Counted from the stretch's first letter, positions 1 to 10,451 are shown. The stretch: 64,000 bases of DNA from Patescibacteria group bacterium (GCA_041671645.1 JBAZBD010000001.1:173365-237364); one strand, 5' to 3'. Translations and numbers: made by a program. Notes: generated by a model not told the origin, from the letters alone.

Positions 1-859
1 GGAATTTACCGAGTTCAATATTGACGTTGCACTTCTCAGCGATTTCGAGCGTGTTGGTCATGACTTCGGGATGATCTGGAAAATTATTGAACATCTGCTC
101 ACGAGTCAGAAGGGAGTAGTCGTCGCCCGTCATCGTCATTCTATTTGTATCTGAAATCAAGCGACCGGTTTGGAGACAGAGAAGAGCGTCCTGAGCAATG
201 GCATCGTCGGTGTTCACATAATGGGGATCGTTGGTAGCAATGGTTTTGAGACTAAATTCTGCGGCCAATTTGAACATATTCTCATTGACGGTAACCTGAT
301 CTGGAACGGTGTTGGGGTGTGCTTGAACTTCGAGATAGAAATCTTCCTTTGGGAAAATCTCGAGGTATTCTTGAAGAACTTTTCTTCCCTCGTCTAGCGA
401 TTCGAGGGATTTACGAGGGATTTCTCCCTGGACACAGGCCGAGCAGGCGATCAGTCCTTCGGCGTGTGCCTTGAGTGTCTCTTTGTCAATGCGCGGTTTG
501 TAATAATAGCCGTCTAGATGAGCGATCGTGACCAATTTGAGCAGATTTCTGTATCCGATTTCGTTCTTGGCCAGCAAGATCAGATGGTAGGCCTTGGCGT
601 CAACTGAAGGCTGTTTGTCGGTCAATTTTCTCGGTGCGACATAGGCCTCAACGCCGAGGATTGGCTTGATTCCCTCCTTGAGGCAAGTTTCATAGAACTC
701 GATAATGCCATACATCACGCCGTGATCGGTCAAGGCGAGGGCTGTCTGGCCGTCAGATTTGGCTTTTTTGATCAGATCAGGAACTTTGCCCATGCCGTCA
801 AGCATAGAATAGTGCGAATGCACGTGGAGATGGACAAAGTTAGGAAACTGCGTTTCCAT
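1..859 (-). CDS. dnaE: DNA polymerase III alpha subunit, N-terminal PHP domain (runs off window start)
   Basis: Reverse strand from ATG at 859 reads METQFPNFVHLHVHSHYSMLDGMGK...ALALTDHGVMYG...YHLILLAKNEIGYRNLLKL, the DnaE PHP motifs; absent from the ORF track because it is truncated. Confidence 0.95.
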   Translation of the reverse strand, partial: METQFPNFVHLHVHSHYSMLDGMGKVPDLIKKAKSDGQTALALTDHGVMYGIIEFYETCLKEGIKPILGVEAYVAPRKLTDKQPSVDAKAYHLILLAKNEIGYRNLLKLVTIAHLDGYYYKPRIDKETLKAHAEGLIACSACVQGEIPRKSLESLDEGRKVLQEYLEIFPKEDFYLEVQAHPNTVPDQVTVNENMFKLAAEFSLKTIATNDPHYVNTDDAIAQDALLCLQTGRLISDTNRMTMTGDDYSLLTREQMFNNFPDHPEVMTNTLEIAEKCNVNIELGKF

Positions 860-860
860 A

Positions 861-957
861 AATTTCTAATTCCTAAATACTAATTTCTAATCAATGTCTA
901 ATTAATAATTTATAATTAAAAATTGATTAACAATTAAGAAATAAAAATTGGTAATTT
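861..957. repeat. AT-rich quasi-palindromic element with 7-bp periodic arms (copy upstream of dnaE)
   Basis: AATTTCT AATTCCT AAATACT AATTTCT ... AATTAAG AAATAAA AATTGGT; 873-949 is the exact reverse complement of 26761-26837. Confidence 0.9.
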
Positions 958-1005
958 GCGTATTTTCTAGCTAAATGTCGTCAAATGTGTTAAAGTAAGC
1001 AAACA

Positions 1006-2244
1006 ATGCAACACAACAACCAAAAATACGCCTTTGTGCTTGGTCGTGAGCGCGATTTGTGCTTGACGGAACTCTATGCAGTTCTAGTTCGTTTTGGTTT
1101 TTGTTTTACAGTTCCCAGTGTATATGACAATGTCGCAATCATCAATATTGAAAATGCGAACGAAAGTGATGTGGCGAGCTTGATTGAGAGTCTGGGCGGC
1201 ACGATGAAGATTTTCCGCATGATCGTCCCAGTCGATAAGCAAGTCAAGGACAGAATAATTTCTTATATTACGAGCTCAGAGAGAAGCCAGAAGAAATTCA
1301 ACTATACTATTTCTTCTTACTCACGACTTTTCAATTACAAATCGATCTTTGATCTCGGTCTTTCGATCAAAAAGGAGCTGAAAAAGGAGCTATCCTTGCG
1401 ATTCGTTGAAATTAGAGAGGGCAAGGACGCTTCAAGTATTTTGTCCTTGAAAAATCATTTTGTGGATCAAGGTTTTGAGTTTGGCTTGTTCGAAGCAGAT
1501 CTAGGCATTTTAATCGCTCTCACGGATGCGGAAGAGTGGGGCGAGCGTGATTATGATAAGCCATCTGGCGACAAGAGAAGCGGAATGCTTCCGCCAAAAT
1601 TAGCCAGGATGATGATCAATCTTGCGCTAGGATCGAAGAAACAAGAGGGAAAATCTCTCGTGATTGATCCTTTCTGTGGATCGGGCAATATTCTGATCGA
1701 AGCATTGCTTCTTGGCGCTGACGCGATGGGCTCGGACGTGAGCGAAAAAGCGGTTAATGATTCGATGAACAATATCAAATGGCTTGTTGAAAACCCGAAA
1801 TATAGAGACAAAATTACTGCCAAAAATCCGAAGCCGAAGGTGCATATAGACCAAGCCGATGCTTCCAATGTAGATTTTGCAAAACTACTTTCGACTTTCG
1901 ACTTTCGACTTTCAGACTACAACAGCGTAGCTGTGGTGGCCGAGCCGTTTCTGGGCGAGCCCAAGAAATTTAAACCTAGCTTGAACGCAGTCAAGGGCGA
2001 ATATGCAAAGATTCAGGAATTATACATTGATTTCCTCAAGAATATTCGACAATCAGGGCTTCCAATTAATTCGTTGGTTTTGATTTTTCCACTGGTAGAA
2101 ACGCTCGAAGGCAAGCTCTACAGTCTCTTCGACGCAAGTGTTGACGAAATTGAAAAAATTGGCTATAGTGTACTCACTAAACCACTTGTTTATGGTAGAG
2201 AATACCAGGTTGTGAAGCGAGAGATCGTTTTACTACAGTTTTAA
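1006..2244 (+). CDS. Trm11/UPF0020-like SAM-dependent RNA methyltransferase
   Basis: GMLPPKLARMMINL and VIDPFCGSGNILIEA motifs. Confidence 0.8.
   Translation: MQHNNQKYAFVLGRERDLCLTELYAVLVRFGFCFTVPSVYDNVAIINIENANESDVASLIESLGGTMKIFRMIVPVDKQVKDRIISYITSSERSQKKFNYTISSYSRLFNYKSIFDLGLSIKKELKKELSLRFVEIREGKDASSILSLKNHFVDQGFEFGLFEADLGILIALTDAEEWGERDYDKPSGDKRSGMLPPKLARMMINLALGSKKQEGKSLVIDPFCGSGNILIEALLLGADAMGSDVSEKAVNDSMNNIKWLVENPKYRDKITAKNPKPKVHIDQADASNVDFAKLLSTFDFRLSDYNSVAVVAEPFLGEPKKFKPSLNAVKGEYAKIQELYIDFLKNIRQSGLPINSLVLIFPLVETLEGKLYSLFDASVDEIEKIGYSVLTKPLVYGREYQVVKREIVLLQF
1887..1918 (+). repeat. Intragenic heptamer tandem repeat (ACTTTCG)x3 plus a degenerate unit
   Basis: Seen directly; encodes LSTFDFRLSD in the methyltransferase. 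Confidence 0.9.
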
Positions 2245-2272
2245 TTTGTAAATTATCCCAAAGGGGTACGTC

Positions 2273-2563
2273 ATGGCTCATAAAAAAGCCGCAGGTAGTA
2301 CAAGATTAGGTCGCGATTCCGTCTCCAAACGACTTGGAGTCAAGGTTTTTGGTGATCAATTTGTTACCGCTGGCGGAATCATCATCAGACAGCACGGTAC
2401 CAAATTTTATCCAGGACTCAACGTCGGAATGGGCGATGATTATACGATCTACGCTTCTATCGATGGCTTGGTTAGATTCCAGGAAAAACAGGTTACAGCT
2501 TTCAATGGCAACAAAGACAAGCGAACTTTTGTACATGTAGACGAAATTGTGGAAGGTAAATAA
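2273..2563 (+). CDS. rpmA: 50S ribosomal protein L27
   Basis: [22 protein letters not shown]. Confidence 0.98.
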   Translation: MAHKKAAGSTRLGRDSVSKRLGVKVFGDQFVTAGGIIIRQHGTKFYPGLNVGMGDDYTIYASIDGLVRFQEKQVTAFNGNKDKRTFVHVDEIVEGK

Positions 2564-3075
2564 TGCTTAAAATTCTCGAAAAATATACCAAGAAAAACAT
2601 TCCTGAAATTCGATCAGGCGACACAGTCAAGGTTCATATCCTGGTCAAAGAAGGCGCCAAAGAGCGCGTTCAGATCTTCGAAGGTCTAGTCATCGCTGTT
2701 CAGCATGGCCAGTCACTCGACGGTACTTTCACTGTTCGCAAAGAGTCCTTCGGTATCGGTGTTGAGAGAACATTTCCTCTTCACAGCCCAAGAGTTGTCA
2801 AAGTTGAGAGAATCAAACAATCCAAAGTCCGCCGAGCCAAACTTTACTTCATGAGAGAATTGACTGGCAAACACGCACGTCTCAAGGATCTCAACCGTGA
2901 TCACAAGGTTTGGGAAGAGAAGGGCGCCGAAGAAGAGCTAGAGAAGATTGCAGCTGAAACTGCTGCTATCGCTGAAGCCGCTGCTGCTGAAAAAGCTGCA
3001 GAGGAAGCCGAAATCGCAGCCAAAGTTGAGGCAGTCGCAGGCGACCGTATCGTAGAGGATAAAAAAGAAGACTAA
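2563..3075 (+). CDS. rplS: 50S ribosomal protein L19 with Ala/Glu-rich C-terminal tail
   Basis: GDTVKVH..ERVQIFEG..GVERTFPLHSP..VRRAKLY. Confidence 0.98.
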   Translation: MLKILEKYTKKNIPEIRSGDTVKVHILVKEGAKERVQIFEGLVIAVQHGQSLDGTFTVRKESFGIGVERTFPLHSPRVVKVERIKQSKVRRAKLYFMRELTGKHARLKDLNRDHKVWEEKGAEEELEKIAAETAAIAEAAAAEKAAEEAEIAAKVEAVAGDRIVEDKKED

Positions 3076-3098
3076 CTACCAAGTTATATACAGTGCTC

Positions 3099-3136
3099 CA
3101 AAAAATACCCAATCGAAAGATAATGGGTATTTTTTT
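3099..3136 (+). terminator. Intrinsic terminator after rplS
   Basis: AAAAATACCCA..TGGGTATTTTTTT hairpin plus U-tract. Confidence 0.8.
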
Positions 3137-3175
3137 AATTAAATGCTATCATTGAAAAAACAACTTGGAGGAAAT

Positions 3176-3337
3176 ATGAACTCAGAAGAAATTGTCAAAG
3201 CAGTAGAAGCGGCTGTTGATACATACAAACAAGATCTTGATCAGGTGGGCAAGAAGCAAAAGCAAGTTCTAAGCGATTTTATTGGTCGTTTGGAGCAAGA
3301 AAAGATGGATAAGATACGGAAGGAAATAGTACTATGA
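3176..3337 (+). CDS. Small hypothetical protein
   Basis: GGAGG RBS before ATG 3176; stop overlaps the next start. Confidence 0.65.
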   Translation: MNSEEIVKAVEAAVDTYKQDLDQVGKKQKQVLSDFIGRLEQEKMDKIRKEIVL

Positions 3338-5424
3338 AAGGCGCCGAAAAGGTTGGGGAAAATACAGGAGAAGAAATAAAGGGGCAAGAGGCAACGCCTG
3401 CCGCGGAGCCTAGTAATAGTGAAGTATTGAACAATCGTGCCGAGCAGGTCGTCGGTCTGAAGGGTCTTTCAGAAAATATTAGTAGCAGAAACAGCCAGAC
3501 AGCCGAACAAGTCGGTGGAAATTTGGACGCAGACGCGACTGAAATCGCTGGAGTCAAGGCAGAGATAGATAGAATTGGTGTACAGGAAGGTGGCGTTGCT
3601 CAAGCTAGATTGGCAGAATCACTTGAGAAAATCAGGCAAGAAGCAGGCTCTGACGGCGAGAATCCTGAGGAGATTGCCGCATTGGATAACTTGATCAAAC
3701 GGGTGAAGCCTAGCGCGGAGGAGAATAGTGAAGTTCAGCCTGACGTAGATTGGGACGAAAATTCGGCCAATTTTGATGAAGGCGACAAGCATATCGCGTC
3801 TGAAGGTGAGGAAACTCAGGACGCAGGGCCAGAGCAGAGAGACGACGATGAGAAAACAAAGATCTACGAAGAGCCGAATTTAGATCCTGCCGTCCAGAAG
3901 ATATATGAAGAGATTACAGCTCGTGCGGCCAAATGGACGCAAGAGGCACAGAGCGGCAAGTCTGGCGCGATTGCACAGACCGAATCGCGGAAAGACCCTG
4001 CTCGATACTCGGGCCAGATGAACTTCTTGAGCTCCAGAGGAGTTTGGGAAAGATTTGCCAAAGATTATCCCGAAAAAGCGTTGGCTTACGCTGATAAGAA
4101 TGAGGACATTGCCGAGGGCTTGGCGGCTTCTGCCCCGCGTGCAGAAAAATCCGATGGAGCGCCGAAAATTATTCCCGGCGAAGCAGGGCCCGAAATGCCT
4201 GCAGAAGAAGATGAAACGCCAGGCGAGGAATCAGAATCGGAGACAGACAAAATGATTCAGGAGCTTGGTCTCGAAGATGCTTCGCCTGAGAATCCAGTCA
4301 AAATGCAGTGGGCCAACGAGGATGGCGATGTCGAGGTATCAGTCACTGGGGTCAATGAAGAGCCAGGTGCTGATGGCAGGACGTATGCTAGGGCTTTTGA
4401 CGAGGAAACTGGCGCAGAGTTTGAGGTGCCGCTAGACGAATTGCAGTCGATCGATCTAGCTGTCGGGGAGGAGGACGATGGATCCCCAGACGAAGAGGGC
4501 GAAGCTCAGAAGAAGGAAGCGCCAACCGAGAAAGAGGGCGAGGATGAGCCGACTCAGGCCGAAGCAGACGAGAAGAATAATGCTTATCGTGAGAAGATCT
4601 CTCAAGAGAGACAGCTGCGGATACGTGACCGCCTAGAGAGACGGGGCAAAGAGCAGGCAGAGAGAGACGAAGTGGCAGTACAATCAATTACGATGAGCCT
4701 AGAGAAGGCTAGTACTGCTCTTGCGGAGACGAAAGCCGATACGGGAGAAGAGAGCATATCGAAAATCGGTCCGGCTCTGAAGCTGTTAAATGAAAGTGGT
4801 GCTACCAAGAGAGAGCTTGCTATCCAACTTCTGCCTTCTGTCAGAGCTTTTGCTCGAAACATGGATAAATCATCTTCTGACCCAACTGCAGCGGAAACCA
4901 TTACAGCACAGAAAATACTCGGTAATCGAGAAGCTGGCGACCAGAGGTTGCAAGAAGCATTTGTCAAAATTAATTCATTGAATCAGGAGACAGACAAAGT
5001 CTCTGGCGGCGAATCCATGGCGTATTTGATGAAATATATCGTGAAAAACTCCGAGGGTAAACTTGGCAACCCTGCCCAGAAAGATGACATTGAAGCTCCC
5101 CAGGCACAAAATGATACGGTTGAAGAGGCTGAACCTTTGACTGCGGAGCGACCAATTGCTAATCAGGCAGAAGGAGCTGATTTAGGCGGTGATGAAGTTG
5201 GGGACGAAGGAAATGAACCAGGGTCCAGGAACGCCGACACAGTTGAAGAACCAAGCACGGCCCAAGATGGAGATCAAGAAGCGGCAAATCCATATAGCGA
5301 TCCGGAGGCTCAGCCAGATGTAAATTGGGATGACAATTCGGCCGAATTCGATGAGGCTGATAGGGAAATTGCCCAGTCAGATCAGACCGAGAAAACAGAA
5401 GCAAAAGCAGACAGCGGGGAATAA
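3334..5424 (+). CDS. Large acidic low-complexity hypothetical protein with an internal 21-aa repeat
   Basis: 696-aa ORF, E/D/A-rich; QPDV(D/N)WD(E/D)NSA(N/E)FDE occurs twice. Confidence 0.8.
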   Translation: MKGAEKVGENTGEEIKGQEATPAAEPSNSEVLNNRAEQVVGLKGLSENISSRNSQTAEQVGGNLDADATEIAGVKAEIDRIGVQEGGVAQARLAESLEKIRQEAGSDGENPEEIAALDNLIKRVKPSAEENSEVQPDVDWDENSANFDEGDKHIASEGEETQDAGPEQRDDDEKTKIYEEPNLDPAVQKIYEEITARAAKWTQEAQSGKSGAIAQTESRKDPARYSGQMNFLSSRGVWERFAKDYPEKALAYADKNEDIAEGLAASAPRAEKSDGAPKIIPGEAGPEMPAEEDETPGEESESETDKMIQELGLEDASPENPVKMQWANEDGDVEVSVTGVNEEPGADGRTYARAFDEETGAEFEVPLDELQSIDLAVGEEDDGSPDEEGEAQKKEAPTEKEGEDEPTQAEADEKNNAYREKISQERQLRIRDRLERRGKEQAERDEVAVQSITMSLEKASTALAETKADTGEESISKIGPALKLLNESGATKRELAIQLLPSVRAFARNMDKSSSDPTAAETITAQKILGNREAGDQRLQEAFVKINSLNQETDKVSGGESMAYLMKYIVKNSEGKLGNPAQKDDIEAPQAQNDTVEEAEPLTAERPIANQAEGADLGGDEVGDEGNEPGSRNADTVEEPSTAQDGDQEAANPYSDPEAQPDVNWDDNSAEFDEADREIAQSDQTEKTEAKADSGE

Positions 5425-5440
5425 GTGCTAGGATTATGAT

Positions 5441-7807
5441 ATGAAATTGTTTAAAAACAATATAAAAAGAGTTGGCTCATTCAAGCTAAAAGATTTTGAG
5501 TTGGTCAAAAACCATTACCTTGCTAGAGCATCAGAACTTAATCGACTCATAAATGGATCTAACAAAACCGAATCTCTGGCCGAGAATTCAAAGCGAGCTT
5601 ATTATCTGCATTGTTTTATCGACGATATGAGGGATTTGGGCTATCCGGAGATCGCGGATGGTCTTGAGGAGGCCTTAGCCAAAAGATATCACGATCCGAA
5701 AATATTGTTGAATATCGCTGAAGCAGGACTGTCCAGGATTCTTTCCAGTTTCGAAGGCAAAATCAGATTGGGGGAGAACGAATACCATATTCGTAATGGC
5801 AAAGCATATTACCAAAGTGTTTTTGACAAATGGTACGAGCTAAAAGGTGTTCAAGTCTTTCTCCTTACTCCTGATCTGGGCGAAGAAGTCGTCCCAATTG
5901 ATGCCGAGGGCGAAAAGGGCATCAATGAATATCAAACTTTTCTTCGAGCATGGCGAGAATCCGGTGGCAGAGACAATTTTGATTTTAGCTCGACAGACGG
6001 TGATACGACTCCAGAGAACTACTTCGAATCTTCTGTAAATGAAATTAGTAAAATTATTGAGACTCCAATAAGTTCAGAGGCGATCTTGGCAAAAATCGGT
6101 AGCGAGCAAAAATTTGAAAGAATCTTCAAAGTCGCTGCTAGGTTGATCAAATTTGTCAAAGAAATTCGAGATAGCGGCGTCTCGCCAGTCTACCTTTTGC
6201 GAGACGGCCTAATGTTCGCCGAGGCACAGAAAGCGCTTGATTTCGCTTCAGGGCAGGACACGCTGAGCGGACAATTGATGATCAACCGCAAGTTGCTGAG
6301 TAAGGAACCGGATGACCATTATTATTGGGCATTGGCGTCCGATGCGCTTTACGTCGCTCTGCCGAAGAACGGCCGTGATTTTGATCTTTTTTACAAGAAT
6401 TATTGCCAGGAGATGGCTAGACTCAAGATAAAAGAGCCCGGGTTTAAAGAACTGCTTAGTCGACTTGGTTTATACGTTTCCTCCCAGTTATCACATCTCA
6501 AGGGGTCGAAGAAAATATTGGTTGTAGACACTGGTCTCCAGGGGTCTATTAACATGCTCACCAAATACGTTATTGATTTCCACACTGATCTGGATGTGCC
6601 AGTAGACGTGGAAATGTTCGTGGTTGGAGATTGGCTGAAGCGAATCTATCAGAAAAGATACGCCAGCGATTATTACCCGATCCTGAAAGACATTGAGATA
6701 TTCAATCGAAGTGACCATTTGTACAATTACAGATCTGGAAGTTTCGAATCGGGGAAAGTAGAAGTAACCATGGGTAGCGAAGCTGAACAATTGATGGCTC
6801 ATGTCGAATTGATAATCATCACGATGTTGTGCAAATTGATGGATGAGCAGAAATCGGCGCCCAAAGTATCTCCAGCTGAGGCGGCTTCAGGCGGTATGGC
6901 AAACCAGTATTCTCTCGATGGATTTAAGCTGGCAAAAACTTTGGCTGACCCCTCAAAACCCCTAACGTCTCACACTGTAGAATTGTGGGAAAACCATCAG
7001 GGCGAACGTCTCGTGGTTAAGACCGTTTCGGATGGCCTTGAGCACAGTTTATCAGCAGATATTATCGGTCAACGTTGCTTCACTCTGCTGGGTTTGCCGT
7101 CGCCCCGGACGTCCCTGATAGAGCACGACGACAAATATCGTTTGGTGATGGAGTTTCTCGACGGGTACAAGACACCAGATGATCCCCTAGCTCTGCCCCT
7201 GGGCCAAGAAAATAATCGAGTGATCCAATCTGGCATTCTAGCTGATATCTGGCTCCATCATTATGATCGGCAGCCTTACAATTTCATGTTCAAGGGCGAT
7301 GAGCCTGTATTTATTGATTTCGGAGGGTGTTTGACCTCTTCGCCAAGCGGCAAAATTACTGGTTTTCCGGCCGAAATTACAGATCAGGAAATATTGAATT
7401 GCATCAAAGCTTTTCAGGGCGATTATCCGGTCAATCAAGCGTATGGAGAAGTCATTTCTTTTAACCCAAGCTCGAAAAAGATTGTTGTCAAAGATGCTGA
7501 ACTTCTGGCTCGACTGGCTGATCAACTCTCCAAGGTTTCCGATGAACAAATCGAGGCGATTGTCAGTCAGAACATTTTGTTTTTCCAAAAACATAATCCA
7601 GACAGAATCCAACATATCCTGGACAATTTGGAGGAAAACTTGAAGATACCAATTGAGAAACTTCACTATGCTCATTACCATAATAATTTCCTCGAGGCAC
7701 GCGATACTTTTGCCCGCGTTAGAGATGAATTTGATTCTGATGAATCAAACTATATTCAGTTTGCGCTGAAGCAACGACGTGATATGTTGGTGAAAAGATT
7801 TAAATAA
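5441..7807 (+). CDS. Multidomain protein: central YLLRDG/VVDTGLQGS region plus C-terminal HipA/PI3-4-kinase-like domain
   Basis: C-terminal LVVK...DIWLHHYDRQPYNFMF...FIDFG matches the D-R-x-x-x-N and IDFG motifs of HipA-like kinases. Confidence 0.55.
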   Translation: MKLFKNNIKRVGSFKLKDFELVKNHYLARASELNRLINGSNKTESLAENSKRAYYLHCFIDDMRDLGYPEIADGLEEALAKRYHDPKILLNIAEAGLSRILSSFEGKIRLGENEYHIRNGKAYYQSVFDKWYELKGVQVFLLTPDLGEEVVPIDAEGEKGINEYQTFLRAWRESGGRDNFDFSSTDGDTTPENYFESSVNEISKIIETPISSEAILAKIGSEQKFERIFKVAARLIKFVKEIRDSGVSPVYLLRDGLMFAEAQKALDFASGQDTLSGQLMINRKLLSKEPDDHYYWALASDALYVALPKNGRDFDLFYKNYCQEMARLKIKEPGFKELLSRLGLYVSSQLSHLKGSKKILVVDTGLQGSINMLTKYVIDFHTDLDVPVDVEMFVVGDWLKRIYQKRYASDYYPILKDIEIFNRSDHLYNYRSGSFESGKVEVTMGSEAEQLMAHVELIIITMLCKLMDEQKSAPKVSPAEAASGGMANQYSLDGFKLAKTLADPSKPLTSHTVELWENHQGERLVVKTVSDGLEHSLSADIIGQRCFTLLGLPSPRTSLIEHDDKYRLVMEFLDGYKTPDDPLALPLGQENNRVIQSGILADIWLHHYDRQPYNFMFKGDEPVFIDFGGCLTSSPSGKITGFPAEITDQEILNCIKAFQGDYPVNQAYGEVISFNPSSKKIVVKDAELLARLADQLSKVSDEQIEAIVSQNILFFQKHNPDRIQHILDNLEENLKIPIEKLHYAHYHNNFLEARDTFARVRDEFDSDESNYIQFALKQRRDMLVKRFK

Positions 7808-7818
7808 CAGAGGCATTT

Positions 7819-9183
7819 ATGACCACCGAAATTAATAGAGGCAAAGAGATGGAAAAGGTTCAAAATACCCGAGATCTATTTTTCTATCCAGAAGGCGAAG
7901 GAGCAAATAATCCGATCAGAATAATTATGGTTGGATCTTCCGAAAGCTCAAAAGATGAGCAAAAAAAAGAAATGGGCCAGATCGTAGCCGAAGAGAGCGC
8001 TAAGGGGATGGCCAAAATTGTAGAGAAGGGCAAGAAGGTCCTCTGGAGCATGGCTACGGGCTCGACTTTTAATTGGCCAGAAAATTTGCCGGTGTCTCTC
8101 GAGCAGACTGGCGTCGACCCCAAAGATATTATCCCGATTGTCAAAGAAGACGCTTGGGATCAAGATCGTAACCATTTCCCATCAGGCAATGGCTATGATT
8201 TTCGTGGAAAAAGAATTAATTCTTTTCATAAACTTTTTGGTTTGGAGCCGAAGAATGTTTCTGTATCTGATGGGCAAATCGAGGGGAATATCGTCGCGCC
8301 TGATTATGACATGTCACCCGAACAAGCCGTAGACTATATGAATGAAACGTGGTCGGCGCTTACTAAGACTGGTCAGGTTGAAGGCTTTACCACAACTGGA
8401 GTAGGCGAAGATATGCATGTAGGCGAATTTCAAATAAACAAGATGGGTTTGGAAAATCAGATCAAGCAAATGGATTTCTTCCTTCAGCCTGTGAACGATT
8501 ATAGCGACGAGAGAGGTCTGTTTCGATGGCTCAAGAATCCTGAAGAGTTTGCAAAGGAAAGCAACGTATTTGTCGAACGGGGCAAAGAGGGATGGCAAGC
8601 GACTGGTCGCACAGCCAAACTTGGCGAAGATATTGTTGGCGGGACAGTCATGGGGATGGGTTGGAGAGCCATGCTGGAGACTCCAGGAGGCGCTGTGTTT
8701 GCATTTGATAGCGGGAGCAAAGCATTGGCGGCCCGGTCTGCAATCCAGGGCTCTCTGTCAGGTGTGATCAAGGATTCTGATGGCATAGAAGTGCTCAAAG
8801 TTGAGGCAGAAAGAGGCGAAGGCATCGGGATTTGGGATGATCTAGCGAAGATTGTCGGCCAATATGAAGAGGATGGCATACTCGAGCACGGTTATTTTGA
8901 CAAAATAATGGCATCGTCTGAGACCGAAAATTCGAAAATTGGATTGATCAACAACATTCTTGAAGACATATACAGCGCATATATCGAAAAAAATATTTCA
9001 CCTCAGAAACCAGAGCAGAATGAGAAATATTTCCAGCCTCTATGGCGCCTTGTGAACCGTTATCTCGGGTATCGATCCCCGGTCTCTCTGTGGGTTAGCC
9101 AGTTGCAGAGGAGAGGCACACCGGTTACGCTCGTGATTACGCGTCAAGCGGCAGCAGAATTGCCCTCTGAAATGCTGGTTTGA
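7819..9183 (+). CDS. Hypothetical protein, possibly divergent NagB/6-phosphogluconolactonase fold
   Basis: SMATGST and GVGEDMHVG resemble NagB GLATGST and GIGxNGHIG. Confidence 0.4.
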   Translation: MTTEINRGKEMEKVQNTRDLFFYPEGEGANNPIRIIMVGSSESSKDEQKKEMGQIVAEESAKGMAKIVEKGKKVLWSMATGSTFNWPENLPVSLEQTGVDPKDIIPIVKEDAWDQDRNHFPSGNGYDFRGKRINSFHKLFGLEPKNVSVSDGQIEGNIVAPDYDMSPEQAVDYMNETWSALTKTGQVEGFTTTGVGEDMHVGEFQINKMGLENQIKQMDFFLQPVNDYSDERGLFRWLKNPEEFAKESNVFVERGKEGWQATGRTAKLGEDIVGGTVMGMGWRAMLETPGGAVFAFDSGSKALAARSAIQGSLSGVIKDSDGIEVLKVEAERGEGIGIWDDLAKIVGQYEEDGILEHGYFDKIMASSETENSKIGLINNILEDIYSAYIEKNISPQKPEQNEKYFQPLWRLVNRYLGYRSPVSLWVSQLQRRGTPVTLVITRQAAAELPSEMLV

Positions 9184-9301
9184 CATAAAATAAGGTTAGA
9201 TAAAAAATGCTTGCACAACATTCAGCAGGCATTTTTTGATGGACAAAGATATCAAATTATGGTAAAGATATTCCAAACGCTATATGCGGGAGGGTGAGAA
9301 A

Positions 9302-9976
9302 ATGGCAGATGAGAAAATTCCAGTTTATCGATGGGAATTGACAGAAGAGGAACTTGGAATCAGAGTGACAGTGCGACGATTGCTGATCTACGATATCAGC
9401 ACGACAAGAGCTGAGGGTACGATTCTTTGTCGGGATAACATCGAAGGCAGAAACTTTGAAGATCATTGGGCTGCGGATTCTCGAGACGGACAATGGGTGG
9501 TTAAGTGCGTCAGAGATAAATCCGGCCCCTTCGATGAAAAGCTCGGTGAGCCGTTGTTTACCGGAGCGATAAATATCAACGGCTGGATCAAAGTGTTCAT
9601 TGCGAAGCGGATTGTGCATCATCTCCAGACTGGGGAAACACAGAATGTGATTCCGCTTTATACTGGGAAGGTCGGGGTTTGCCCGGGAGACTGTCAGTGC
9701 CGTGAGGTTGGTGCCTTTGGTAGCACTTCGCCGCCGAGACTCTGGAGGGATTTAATGGATGGCTATGAGCATCCCGCCAATTGCTTTTCTTGCAGCTGCG
9801 GAAGACACTGGTTCTTCAGCGCAGAGGATGAGCGTTTCTACTTTGTGGCAGACGATGAAGCCTGGGAAGAGCTGACTACCCACGACGGACAGTCGCGTTA
9901 CTGGTTGGGCTTTCAATATGATGCCCTGTATTTGTCGCAGACTTTGCGAAAGAGAGGCTTAATCCCTCTCGGTTAA
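9302..9976 (+). CDS. Hypothetical protein with Cys clusters (possible Zn binding)
   Basis: GGAGG before ATG 9302; CPGDCQC and CFSCSC motifs. Confidence 0.65.
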   Translation: MADEKIPVYRWELTEEELGIRVTVRRLLIYDISTTRAEGTILCRDNIEGRNFEDHWAADSRDGQWVVKCVRDKSGPFDEKLGEPLFTGAININGWIKVFIAKRIVHHLQTGETQNVIPLYTGKVGVCPGDCQCREVGAFGSTSPPRLWRDLMDGYEHPANCFSCSCGRHWFFSAEDERFYFVADDEAWEELTTHDGQSRYWLGFQYDALYLSQTLRKRGLIPLG

Positions 9977-10045
9977 TTATCAGACGGTTGCTATATGCTG
10001 CCGTCTATTTTATTTGCATCATAATATTTGCGGTATAATTGGACT

Positions 10046-10408
10046 ATGTTTGATAAGACCAAAAACAAAAGTACTGGGAACGCGGGAGAGGACGCGGCGA
10101 CAGAATTTCTAAGGCGAAAAGGCTACAAGATTATCGACCGGAATTTAAGATTGTTTTGCGGTGAAATAGATATCTTGGCTGAATATAAGAAAGTGATTGT
10201 TATTGTTGAGGTGAAAACAGTTCGTGGCGCGGGATTTGGGTTAGCCCAAGATCTAGTTCGCTTCGCCAAGCAGAACAAATTGAGATTGTTAGCGAGGGCG
10301 ATTGCGCAGAAATATCCGGGCAGAATGCTCAGAATTGATGTCATTGGCGTTGATTATTCGTCGGGCGAGCCCAAAATAGAACACTTAGAAAACGCAGTCG
10401 AGGGATAG
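10046..10408 (+). CDS. yraN: YraN/UPF0102 family putative endonuclease
   Basis: GNAGEDAA..FL..KGY.I..RN....GEIDI...IVEVKT...RIDVI. Confidence 0.9.
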   Translation: MFDKTKNKSTGNAGEDAATEFLRRKGYKIIDRNLRLFCGEIDILAEYKKVIVIVEVKTVRGAGFGLAQDLVRFAKQNKLRLLARAIAQKYPGRMLRIDVIGVDYSSGEPKIEHLENAVEG

Positions 10409-10451
10409 AAGCAATATTCACTATTGCGAGATATTATGTTAGATTTGGATT

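Noticed and set aside
170-397. Plus-strand 75-aa ORF and the many other short overlapping ORFs in the track
   Set aside because: They are antisense or out-of-frame shadows of well-supported genes (here dnaE on the minus strand)
2930-3040. GCTGAA/GCCGAA-rich stretch in the rplS tail
   Set aside because: Codon-phase low complexity from an Ala/Glu-rich tail, not part of the 7-bp family
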